A stretch of DNA of 64,000 bases from Smithella sp. PtaU1.Bin162 (lineage in GTDB: Bacteria; Desulfobacterota; Syntrophia; Syntrophales; Smithellaceae): contig MVRV01000029.1 of assembly GCA_002068015.1 (NCBI GenBank), positions 114,426 through 178,425 of the forward strand, in the 5' to 3' direction. Below, piece after piece: positions 23,372 through 32,243 of the stretch. Below the pieces are notes generated by a model. That model was not told the origin of the DNA. It saw only the letters and a list, made by a program, of their open reading frames with translations, and made no database searches. Numbering within the stretch: position 1 is the first letter of the stretch; each line of letters begins with the position of its first letter. The translations under genes were made by a program, and so were the position numbers.

Positions 23372-23386
23372 AGATAAACGATTTCC

Positions 23387-23426
23387 GTTCAGGCAGAGGT
23401 GGAGAATTTCTCGCCGCTGCCTGAAC
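23387..23426 (+). other. intercistronic stem-loop after dctM
   Basis: 10-bp perfect stem GTTCAGGCAG/CTGCCTGAAC with a 20-nt loop and no T-run. It is a possible mRNA-stability or processing element rather than a full terminator. Confidence 0.4.
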
Positions 23427-23482
23427 CGGCCTGACGGCACGTGGCGTTACTGCAATACGTTAATTTTAGAAAGGAGGAATAA

Positions 23483-24448
23483 ATGAGCATATTAATTACC
23501 GGAGGCACGGGATTTATTGGTGCCCATGTCGCCAGGCTGGAACTGGCAGCAGGAGAAAAAGATGTTTTTGTTTTTGATATTAATCCGTCCGCGAAGCTTT
23601 TGGATGACGTGGCGGACAAAGTTTCCATAGTCCGGGGTGATCTCGGTAATTTCAGCCATGTCATGAATATTGTAAAAACGGCCCGGCCGAAAAAAATCTT
23701 TCATATCGGCGGAATGCTTTCGGTTCCGTCGGATGCCGATCCGTTTGCTTCCTTCCGCGCCAACGCGCTGGGCACCTATCATATTCTGGAAGCGGCCAGA
23801 TTACTGGAAGTGCCGCAGGTAATCTTTACCAGTACCCTGGCTACTTATGGGCTGGATTTGGAAGAAGGTGCTGCCATCAGTGATTACTCCTTGCAGCGGC
23901 CGCAGCTTTTCTATGGAGTTACCAAGGTATTCGGCGAGCTGCTGGGCCAGTTTTATCGCAGAAAATATGGGCTGGATTTTCGCGGTGTGCGTTATCCTTC
24001 CATTGTGGGCCCCGGAGTCAAAACGCCCGGTGTCGTTCAATATACGAGCTGGATGATCGAAGAAAGCATCAAAGGTAATCCTTTTATTGTCAAGGTGCCA
24101 CCCGAAACCAGAACCCCCGTCATGTATTTCAAGGATGCCGCCCTGGCCGTGATCAATCTGGCTAATGCTCCCCGGGAAAATATTAAGATGGTTAATTATC
24201 TGATAGCCGGTGTTAAACCCATCGCAACGGCTGATGAGCTTGCTGATATCGTCAGAAAGAAAGTTCCGGGTGCCCGGATTGAGTTCCAAACTGATCCGGA
24301 ATTGCAGAAGATATTAAGCAAACTTTTGCATCCGATCGATGACAGTACCGCTCACAATGAATGGGGTTGGAAAGCAAAGTACGATCAGGCAATGATAGTG
24401 GATGACTTTATTGCGGAGATGAAAAATTTCCCGCAGAGATATGCATAA
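23483..24448 (+). CDS. extended-SDR NAD-dependent epimerase/dehydrogenase (L-threonine-3-dehydrogenase-like subgroup)
   Basis: 321 aa with the Rossmann motif ILITGGTGFIGAH and a YxxxK region (FYGVTKVFGE). Confidence 0.8.
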   Translation: MSILITGGTGFIGAHVARLELAAGEKDVFVFDINPSAKLLDDVADKVSIVRGDLGNFSHVMNIVKTARPKKIFHIGGMLSVPSDADPFASFRANALGTYHILEAARLLEVPQVIFTSTLATYGLDLEEGAAISDYSLQRPQLFYGVTKVFGELLGQFYRRKYGLDFRGVRYPSIVGPGVKTPGVVQYTSWMIEESIKGNPFIVKVPPETRTPVMYFKDAALAVINLANAPRENIKMVNYLIAGVKPIATADELADIVRKKVPGARIEFQTDPELQKILSKLLHPIDDSTAHNEWGWKAKYDQAMIVDDFIAEMKNFPQRYA

Positions 24449-24505
24449 ATTGCCGGGCTTGTTGCAACCGGCCAGGCGAAAGTAGTTGCAGGAAAGGAGT
24501 ATCAT

Positions 24506-25474
24506 ATGAAAGCAGCTGATATAAAGAAAATTTGTGCTTTGGGAGGAGGAGGCGTTATCGGCTCCAGCTGGTGTACTAATTTTTTATGGAAGGGCTATGC
24601 CGTAACGGTTTACGATGTAAATGATGAAGCTCTGGCGCTGGCCAAAAAACGCATAACCGCCAATCTGGAATATCTGGCGGAAAAAAAGATTATCACGCAA
24701 GAAGCATCCCGGCAGGCCCTGGCTCAGGCATCTTATACAACCGATCAACGGAAGGCCTTGCAGGATGTTCAGTATGTACAGGAATCAGGTCCGGAAAACT
24801 ATGATGTCAAAAAAGCAGTTCTGGCGATCCTGGACAAATACGGCAGTCCGGAAACCATCTTTGCCAGCAGCACTTCCGGGTTGCTGATTACGGAAATCGC
24901 CAAAGGTTCGCAACATCCGGAGCGCTGCATCGGGGCGCACCCTTATAATCCTCCTCATTTAATCCCGCTTGTGGAAATTACCAAAGGCGAGCAGACCAGC
25001 GATGCCGTCGTCAAAGTTGCCAATGATTTCTACCGGCTGCTGGGAAAAGAACCGATTGTCCTGCAAAAAGAGGCACTCGGTTTTATATCCAACCGGTTGC
25101 AGATTGCTCTGTACAGAGAAGCGGTAAACCTCGTGCTGACGGGAGTGTGTTCGGTTGAGGATGTGGACAAGGCCGTTTGTTACGGACCCGGGTTGCGGTA
25201 TGCCTTGCTGGGCCCGAATTTGATTTTTCACTTGGGTGGAGGTCAGGTCGGACTCAAAGGAGTTTTGGAACATATTGGTCCCTCGATGGAACTGTGGTTG
25301 AAGGATATGGCTGTTTGGAAGGAATTTCCCGCCGGCAGCAAAGATATACTGCAGAAGGGAGTGCTGCAGGAGATGCAGGGACGCAAACAGGAAGAGGGAA
25401 AAACAACAGAAGAAATTTCACGCTGGCGTGATGAAAAACTTCTGAATCTGCTGAAATTATTAAATCGGATTTAG
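24506..25474 (+). CDS. 3-hydroxyacyl-CoA-dehydrogenase-fold enzyme of the L-carnitine-dehydrogenase (LcdH) type
   Basis: 322 aa with GGGVIGSSW, QESGPE, SSTSGL, HPYNPPHLIPLVE, GFISNRLQ and GPGLRYALLGP motifs, which match the free-acid LcdH-like subgroup as I recall it. Confidence 0.75.
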   Translation: MKAADIKKICALGGGGVIGSSWCTNFLWKGYAVTVYDVNDEALALAKKRITANLEYLAEKKIITQEASRQALAQASYTTDQRKALQDVQYVQESGPENYDVKKAVLAILDKYGSPETIFASSTSGLLITEIAKGSQHPERCIGAHPYNPPHLIPLVEITKGEQTSDAVVKVANDFYRLLGKEPIVLQKEALGFISNRLQIALYREAVNLVLTGVCSVEDVDKAVCYGPGLRYALLGPNLIFHLGGGQVGLKGVLEHIGPSMELWLKDMAVWKEFPAGSKDILQKGVLQEMQGRKQEEGKTTEEISRWRDEKLLNLLKLLNRI

Positions 25475-25613
25475 AAATTTTTCCCACAGGAATTGTCGGC
25501 GAACCCAAGCAACGGAAAGTCGTTGTTTGGGTTCAGTACAAGAGGCTGGAAAATTGCGTTGTTTTCAGTCGATGTGAATTTTTGTATAAAAAATACAGAT
25601 GGGAGTATAATTT

Positions 25614-26537
25614 ATGAAGGAAAAAACAATTGTTACGGCAGCTATTACAGGAAGCATCCATACGCCGACCATGTCCAAATTTTTACCGATTACCCCTCAG
25701 CAAATAGCCGATGATGCCGTTCTGGCCTTTGAGGCGGGAGCAGCGGTCTGTCATATTCATGTTCGCGATCCCAAAACAGGGCAGCCGGTCTCCGATATGA
25801 ATCTTTTTAAGGAAACGATCTCCAGCATAAAAAAAAGATGTAATATGATCGTTTGCATCACAACCGGCGGCGGCCTGGGTATGACATCCGAACAGCGTCT
25901 TATACCTGTTTCCACATTCAGTCCCGAGCTGGCTTCTTTCAATGCCGGTTCGGTAAATTTCGCCCTCTTCCATGCTTTGAGTAAATTTAAGAATTTTCAG
26001 CATGAATGGGAAAGCAAGTACCTGGCCTTTACGGAAGATTTTACTCTTTCCAATACCTTTAAATCCATGAAGGAGTTTGCCGAAACGTTCAATAAAAATA
26101 AAACCAAACCGGAATTCGAGGTTTATGATGCCGGTATGCTTAACAATATTGCCTTTCTCATTGAACAGGGTTACGTAAAAAAACCGGTTTACATTCAGTT
26201 TGTGATGGGTGTGCTGGGCGGAATTACCCCGAGTTCCGCAAACCTGCTGTTCCTGGTGGATTATGCTCAAAAACTGATTGGTGATTTTGTTTTTTCCGTC
26301 TGTGTGGCGGGTCGTGCACAATTCCCCCTATGTACCCAGTCGCTTTTGATTGGCGGTAACGTAAGGGTTGGGCTGGAGGATAACCTTTATCTGAACAAAG
26401 GAATCATGGCGAAGAGCAGCGCCGAGCAGGTGGCTAAAATTGTCCGTATCGCCAAGGAATTGGGCATTGAGCCCGCGACCCCGGATGAAGCGAGAAAAAT
26501 CCTGGGGCTGAAAGGACTGGAGAAGGTTAAATTTTAA
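25614..26537 (+). CDS. BKACE-family beta-keto acid cleavage enzyme, paralog 2
   Basis: 307 aa with IVTAAITGSIHTPTMS, AAVCHIHVRDPKTG and RVGLEDN motifs. It is clearly paralogous to 17415-18350. Confidence 0.85.
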   Translation: MKEKTIVTAAITGSIHTPTMSKFLPITPQQIADDAVLAFEAGAAVCHIHVRDPKTGQPVSDMNLFKETISSIKKRCNMIVCITTGGGLGMTSEQRLIPVSTFSPELASFNAGSVNFALFHALSKFKNFQHEWESKYLAFTEDFTLSNTFKSMKEFAETFNKNKTKPEFEVYDAGMLNNIAFLIEQGYVKKPVYIQFVMGVLGGITPSSANLLFLVDYAQKLIGDFVFSVCVAGRAQFPLCTQSLLIGGNVRVGLEDNLYLNKGIMAKSSAEQVAKIVRIAKELGIEPATPDEARKILGLKGLEKVKF

Positions 26538-26569
26538 AAACAAGACATCTATAAAGCTTATACTAAAAA

Positions 26570-26602
26570 GCCGTGCATAGTTTAACGTATGCGCGGCTTT
26601 TT
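26570..26602 (+). terminator. rho-independent terminator closing the BKACE/TRAP operon
   Basis: GCCGTGCATA (26570-26579) pairs with TATGCGCGGC (26588-26597) with one G-U wobble, followed by TTTTT. Confidence 0.7.
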
Positions 26603-26773
26603 CCGTATCGCCCTTATGGTCGGTCGATTGGTATTGTTTCTTCTTACCGAATAAAAAATTCTTTTTACACAGGAAAATTCGTACAGCCAGAAAACAAAGC
26701 CACTTCTTCCATTCATGCGTAACTATTTAAAATAAAAAGCAATAATCATAATAGAATTTGTTTGTTCATTATA

Positions 26774-26789
26774 TGGCCTGTTTATTGCT
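26774..26789 (+). promoter_or_regulatory. sigma-54 (-24/-12) promoter upstream of the hybrid kinase
   Basis: TGGCCTGTTTATTGCT has GG-N10-GC spacing that is exact, with a TTGCT -12 element. Confidence 0.5.
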
Positions 26790-26838
26790 GCTATCTTTAA
26801 TGTTGGGTATTTTTCCCGTGCGGATAATGTAACTGCAT

Positions 26839-26907
26839 AAATCAATGACACTCGCTGAAAACGAGTGCAATGAAGTTTGCAGAGGAAGTGGAATTGATCC
26901 CGAAAGC
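26839..26907 (+). repeat. 69-bp dispersed repeat, copy A
   Basis: It aligns without gaps to 40556-40624. By my hand count 59 of 69 positions are identical. It contains the hairpin CACTCG-CTGAAAA-CGAGTG. Confidence 0.7.
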
Positions 26908-27007
26908 GAGCGAGTTTGGGCGAAGCTATTCGGGATCCCGGGGTCATATTTCCCGCAGTTTGCTGCGGGGTCGTTCATTTGATAAAAAATCAGGGTATTC
27001 AATATTT

Positions 27008-29725
27008 ATGACTGATAGGAAAAGAAGACATCATATGAGCGGACAAAATCAGAATGTTTTTAAAATGTCTGAAGAACAATTCCGTCTTCTCTTTGAAGAT
27101 TCCAGTATCAGCATGACAGTGATCGGAGAGGATATGACGATCCTTCTCACGAATAAGGCATTTGAAAAGCTGACCGGTTGCCTCCAATCCCAGGTGGAAG
27201 GCAAAATGTGCTGGACGGAATTGATTGCCGCAGAAGAAGATATGCTGCGCATGAAGGAGTTCCACCGGCTGCGCAGAATCAATCCTTCTATGGCGCCGGA
27301 AATGTATGACAGCCGGATCAGAACCCGGGACGGGAGTATCCGCGATGTGACGATTCGTGTGATAATGGTTCCGGGGTCAACGTATAGTCTCGCTTCTCTT
27401 ACCGATGTGACTGAGAAAAAACAGACGGAAGAAAAATTTTCCAATATATTCAAAATGTTGCCGGTTGGTATATCCGTTGCCCGGGTGCAGGACGGAGCAA
27501 TTGTTGATACGAATGCGGGCTTTAAGGAAATTTCGGGATGGGAGTACAATGAAGTTATCGGGCGTACATCTTTGGAATTGAATTTTTGGGCCGATCCGGC
27601 TGATCGGATGCATCTGATCAACGAATTGCAAAACGGCCGGGCTGTGCGGCAGCGTGAAATATCTTTCCGCCGCAAAAACGGCGAAGTACATTATGGAATG
27701 TATTCGGCCCAGACAATGATCCTTGCCGGTGAGGAGTGCATTGTCTTTGTCCTGCAGGATATTACCCAGAACAAAGAAAAGGATAATATGTTGCGGCAAA
27801 AGGAAGAACAACTGCGTACCATAACTGCTAATATACCGGGTGCCATTTGCCGTTTCTACGCTAAAGACAATGGAGACTGGGGGATGAGTTATGCAAGTGA
27901 GCGCCTGATGGAACTGTTCGGTATGCCCTCACCCATAAAAGGATTTTTCCCTGCCGCCACAGAGTTTATTTATGAAAAAGACAGGGAAGGATTTGTAGCG
28001 TCCGTCCGTAAATCGGTTGAAACCTGTACACCCTGGGATTTTGAAGGCAGGATTGTCAAGCCTTCCGGAGAAATAAAATGGTTTCATGGTTTGGCCACAC
28101 CGAAAAGGCTTCCGGACAGCATCATTTTTGACGGGATGTTGCTCGACATTACGGAACGCAAGCAGGCGGAGGAAAAATCCCGTCAGTCGGAAGAAAAATT
28201 TACAGAAGTCTTTATGATGTCGCCGGACATGGTTGCCATTACCAGAATGGAAGACGGCCATATTATTGATGTTAATATCGGATTTGAAGAGATGACGGGA
28301 TGGCAGCGTAGTGAAGTTATCGGGCGCACTTCTTTAAGTCTCGATTTCTGGGTGGAGACGGCACAACGGGATCTGATGGTGCAGGAATTAAAAGCAGGCC
28401 GGGAAGTGGTGCGCTACGAAATATCCTTCCGGCGCAAGGACGGGATGTTGCAGACCGGTGTCTATTCCGCCCGATCCCTGATTTTGGGAGGTGAAAAATG
28501 TCTTCTTTTTATAATGCAGAATATCACCGAAAAGAAACGGCTGGAGGAGGAGCGCCGCAAACTGGAGCAGCAATTGTATAAGTCGCAAAAAATGGATGCA
28601 ATCGGGCAACTGGCCGGCGGTGTAGCGCATGATTTCAACAATATCCTCACCGGCATTCAGGGTAATGTATCGCTGATGCAGATGGAAATTGCACAAGAAC
28701 ATCCTCATTATCAGCGTTTGAGCCGCATTGAGGAACAGGTAAAGCGCGGTGCAAACCTGACAAGGCAGCTTCTCGGGTTTGCCCGGGGAGGCAAATATGA
28801 TGTCCGGATTATATCCGTCAATGAACTGATCCGGAAAAGCTCCCAATTTTTTCTGGAAGCCAGGAAAGAGATTGAAGCGGATATGGAGTTGCAGGAAAAC
28901 CTTTATTCGGTGGAGGCTGATGCCGGGCAAATCGAACAGGTGCTGATCAATATTTATATCAATGCCGCACAGGCCATGCCGGGCGGTGGCAGGCTGCATA
29001 TTCAGACGACCAATATGCAATTAAGGGAAGAGGAAGCTTCCCATTATGGGCTGCGGCCGGGGAAATACATCAAAATTTCCATTACCGATTCCGGAAAGGG
29101 TATGGAACAAAACACGCTGGCCAGAATATTTGAGCCGTTTTTTACCACAAAAGCTCAGGAAGGCGGCACCGGTTTGGGACTTGCTTCATCCTATGGCATT
29201 GTCCGCAATCATGGAGGTATCATCAATGCCTACAGCGAACCGGAACGGGGTTCGACATTCAATATCTATCTTCCGGCAACAGGCGATGAACTGGAAGAGA
29301 TTAACCGGGCTTACCAGGACGCAATGGTCTCCGGAGGAGGAGGCATCCTGCTTATTGATGATGAAAACATGATCCGGGATGTCGCCGGCGAGATGCTGCA
29401 ACTGCTGGGGTACACGGTATATCAGGCAGCCGGCGGAAAAGAAGCGATTAACGTTTATCTGACAAATAAAGATAAGATTGATCTGGTTATCCTTGATATG
29501 ATTTTACCGGGCATGAGCGGCGCTCAGGTTTTGCAGGAATTAAAGCGAATCACTCCCGATGTGAAGGTCATTCTTTCCAGCGGTTACAGCATGCAGGGCG
29601 AGGTGCAAAAGGTGATGGAATCCGGCTGCCTTGGTTTTATCCAAAAGCCTTACCTCTTTACGGAGCTCTCCAGAATAGTTAAGCAGGTGCTATATCCTGC
29701 AAAAGAGCGGACTCAAGAAGTTTGA
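27008..29725 (+). CDS. hybrid sensor histidine kinase (4 PAS, HisKA, HATPase_c, C-terminal receiver)
   Basis: It has PAS S-box repeats, the H-box GGVAHDFNNIL, N/G boxes (INAAQAM, DSGKGM, GTGLGL) and a receiver (ILLIDDE...DMILPGMSG). The start is 27008 or 27035. The ORF-track start at 26870 reads through the repeat and is unlikely. Confidence 0.9.
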   Translation: MTDRKRRHHMSGQNQNVFKMSEEQFRLLFEDSSISMTVIGEDMTILLTNKAFEKLTGCLQSQVEGKMCWTELIAAEEDMLRMKEFHRLRRINPSMAPEMYDSRIRTRDGSIRDVTIRVIMVPGSTYSLASLTDVTEKKQTEEKFSNIFKMLPVGISVARVQDGAIVDTNAGFKEISGWEYNEVIGRTSLELNFWADPADRMHLINELQNGRAVRQREISFRRKNGEVHYGMYSAQTMILAGEECIVFVLQDITQNKEKDNMLRQKEEQLRTITANIPGAICRFYAKDNGDWGMSYASERLMELFGMPSPIKGFFPAATEFIYEKDREGFVASVRKSVETCTPWDFEGRIVKPSGEIKWFHGLATPKRLPDSIIFDGMLLDITERKQAEEKSRQSEEKFTEVFMMSPDMVAITRMEDGHIIDVNIGFEEMTGWQRSEVIGRTSLSLDFWVETAQRDLMVQELKAGREVVRYEISFRRKDGMLQTGVYSARSLILGGEKCLLFIMQNITEKKRLEEERRKLEQQLYKSQKMDAIGQLAGGVAHDFNNILTGIQGNVSLMQMEIAQEHPHYQRLSRIEEQVKRGANLTRQLLGFARGGKYDVRIISVNELIRKSSQFFLEARKEIEADMELQENLYSVEADAGQIEQVLINIYINAAQAMPGGGRLHIQTTNMQLREEEASHYGLRPGKYIKISITDSGKGMEQNTLARIFEPFFTTKAQEGGTGLGLASSYGIVRNHGGIINAYSEPERGSTFNIYLPATGDELEEINRAYQDAMVSGGGGILLIDDENMIRDVAGEMLQLLGYTVYQAAGGKEAINVYLTNKDKIDLVILDMILPGMSGAQVLQELKRITPDVKVILSSGYSMQGEVQKVMESGCLGFIQKPYLFTELSRIVKQVLYPAKERTQEV

Positions 29726-29822
29726 CGGTAATCCATCTTTTATTTTCCCGGCGGGTTATCTTGTTCTTGACCATCCCCCGTGTTTACGTGTAATTACAAC
29801 ATGTAATCATCAGGGGAGAAGT

Positions 29823-31082
29823 ATGGAAAAAGCACTTTTAATTTTATTCATCGTTTTATTTGCGGGTCGGATCATTTGCCGTTATGTTTTAGAACGGCTG
29901 AATATCCGCCATCTGCAGCATCACGGCAAGGAAATCCCTTCCGTATTTCAGGGCATGCTTGATGAAGAGATGCTCACCAAAATGGCCGACTACACGGTGG
30001 CTAATAACCGGTTGGCTTCCCGGGAAAATTTAGTGAATGATGCCGTCGAATTTGTCGTGATCTTTCTGGTCTTGCCTTTGCTTGTCGGTGTACTTGTAAC
30101 TTGGAAAATTCACTTTATCTTCCAGGCACTGATTTTTTTCGGTGTGTTGGCAGCGGCAGGTGGAATCGCCGGTCTGCCTTTTGATCTCTACCATACATTT
30201 GTCCTCGAAAAGCGCTATGGCTTTTCGACCATTACCTGGCGGTTGTGGTTTACCGACTTTCTTAAATCGCTCATACTTTCCGCTGTTCTCATGGGTATTC
30301 TGGTCGGTGCTCTGATGGCATTTATTCTTTATCTGCCCGCAAGCTGGTGGTTTGCGGCCTGGTTGTTTTTTACGGCGTTCGAAGTTTTACTCCTCTGGCT
30401 TTATCCGGTAGTGATAGCCCCGCTGTTTAACAAATACGAACCTGTCCGGGATGAAAAGCTGGCCGAAAGGATTACCGCACTTATGGCCAAAGTCGGTCTG
30501 CAAACGCAGGGGATTTACCAGGTGGATGAAGGGAAGCGTTCCCGGCATACAAACGCCTATTTTACCGGTATCGGCAAAACCAAGCGCATTGTTTTATTTG
30601 ACACGCTTCTTGCTTCTCATTCTCCGGAAGAAATACTGGCGGTGCTCGCGCATGAAGTCGGTCACTGGAAAAAGAAACATATTTTAAAACAATTAATTTT
30701 TATGATTATCCTGTCATTTTTAGTGCTGTATATTGCCGATCAATTAATTTCCAGCCCGGTTTTATATAATGCTTTCAGTGTGCCGCCGCAGGCGCTTTAC
30801 GCCGGCCTGTTTCTGCTTTCCGTCTATGGCAGCTGCATCGGCTTTTTCGTAAGCCCCGCCGGCTCGGCCCTGATGCGCCGCTATGAAAGAGAAGCCGATA
30901 AAATTGCGGTGGAACTGACCGGGACATCCGAACATATGATTAATGCTTTAAAGCGTTTGGCCAAAGATAATCTGGCCAACCTCCATCCGCATCCCTTATA
31001 TGTCTGGTTTTATTATTCTCATCCGCCGCTTGTGGAGAGAATTGCCGCGCTGCATTCTATGAGCACAAAAAACGAGGCTTGA
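29823..31082 (+). CDS. M48-family (Ste24/HtpX-like) membrane zinc metalloprotease
   Basis: 419 aa with multiple N-terminal TM helices and a HEVGHWKKKH (HExxH) motif. Confidence 0.85.
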   Translation: MEKALLILFIVLFAGRIICRYVLERLNIRHLQHHGKEIPSVFQGMLDEEMLTKMADYTVANNRLASRENLVNDAVEFVVIFLVLPLLVGVLVTWKIHFIFQALIFFGVLAAAGGIAGLPFDLYHTFVLEKRYGFSTITWRLWFTDFLKSLILSAVLMGILVGALMAFILYLPASWWFAAWLFFTAFEVLLLWLYPVVIAPLFNKYEPVRDEKLAERITALMAKVGLQTQGIYQVDEGKRSRHTNAYFTGIGKTKRIVLFDTLLASHSPEEILAVLAHEVGHWKKKHILKQLIFMIILSFLVLYIADQLISSPVLYNAFSVPPQALYAGLFLLSVYGSCIGFFVSPAGSALMRRYEREADKIAVELTGTSEHMINALKRLAKDNLANLHPHPLYVWFYYSHPPLVERIAALHSMSTKNEA

Positions 31083-31136
31083 TTTTTTTATAAAACCCCT
31101 TTAAACAATTCGAAACAGATACGAAACAGGTGACTT

Positions 31137-32243
31137 ATGAAGGTATTTAAATCCGCAGTAATAAATGGAATGTCCCTGGCCAACCGCTTTGTTCGTTCGG
31201 CAACCTGGGAAGGGATGGCCACGGATGACGGATATTGTTCTCCGGAGCTGACTCAATTACTGGTACGGCTCGCCCGCGGCAATGTAGGGCTCATTATTTC
31301 CAGTCATTCCAACATAAGCCCCACAGGACTGGCCGGTATCCGGCAGGTGGGTGTCTGGAGCGATGATTTTATCCCGCAACTTACGGAGCTGACAAGACAG
31401 ATTCATGAAGCTTCCGGCAAAATAGTCATGCAGCTCAACCATGCAGGAAACAGGACGGCAACGGAGCTTACCAACACAATCCCCATGGGTCCCACGGCTT
31501 TTAAAAATTCCGACGGAACTGTTTCCCGCACCATGGAAAAACAGGACATCGATACGGTAGTCGAACAATTCACCGCCGCGGCGCGCCGCGTTCAGCAGGC
31601 GGGGTTTGACGGCGTTCAGATCCATGCCGCCCACGGTTATTTGTTGAGCTCCTTTTTATCTCCATATTTCAATAAACGTACGGATGAATATGGCGGGAAT
31701 GCGGTAAATCGTGCCCGCTTTTTACTCGAGGTATTACAGGCCGTGCGCGCCGCAGTCGGGAATAATTTCCCCGTGCTGGTTAAAATGAATGCCGCGGATT
31801 TTCTTCCGGGCGGATTGACTGCGGAAGATATGGTCACAACGGCGCTGCTGCTGGAGAAAGCGAGTGTGGATGCCATTGAACTTTCCGGGGGCACTCCTTT
31901 ATCGGAAAAATGTATTCCCTTCCGCAGTGGAAAACATTTACCGGAAAGGGAAGGTTATTATCGGGAAGAAGCCCGGCAATACAAGGAAAAAGTTACCGTA
32001 CCATTGATTCTTGTGGGTGGTTTCCGTTCTCTGGCCGTATCGGAAAAATTTTTACAGGAAGGCATTTGTGATTTTATAGCGCTCTGCCGTCCGCTGATTC
32101 GTGAACCGGAACTCATCCGCCGCTGGCAGGAAGGAAATACCGCCCCGTCGGAGTGTATATCGGATAACCGCTGTTTCGTGCCTATCCGCAATGGTCAGGG
32201 ATTATATTGTTTCACCAAGGAGCGACACCATGAAGAAAGATAA
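31137..32243 (+). CDS. Old Yellow Enzyme-family NADH:flavin oxidoreductase
   Basis: 368 aa with the HAAHGYLLSSFLSPYFNKRTDEYGG signature. Confidence 0.9.
   Translation: MKVFKSAVINGMSLANRFVRSATWEGMATDDGYCSPELTQLLVRLARGNVGLIISSHSNISPTGLAGIRQVGVWSDDFIPQLTELTRQIHEASGKIVMQLNHAGNRTATELTNTIPMGPTAFKNSDGTVSRTMEKQDIDTVVEQFTAAARRVQQAGFDGVQIHAAHGYLLSSFLSPYFNKRTDEYGGNAVNRARFLLEVLQAVRAAVGNNFPVLVKMNAADFLPGGLTAEDMVTTALLLEKASVDAIELSGGTPLSEKCIPFRSGKHLPEREGYYREEARQYKEKVTVPLILVGGFRSLAVSEKFLQEGICDFIALCRPLIREPELIRRWQEGNTAPSECISDNRCFVPIRNGQGLYCFTKERHHEER

Noticed and set aside
26870-27007. ORF-track N-terminal extension of the hybrid kinase (starts at 26870).
   Set aside because: The extension reads through the 69-bp repeat and hairpins, giving an Arg/Ser/Gly-rich peptide with no function. 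Kinase homology begins after the Met residues at 27008 and 27035.
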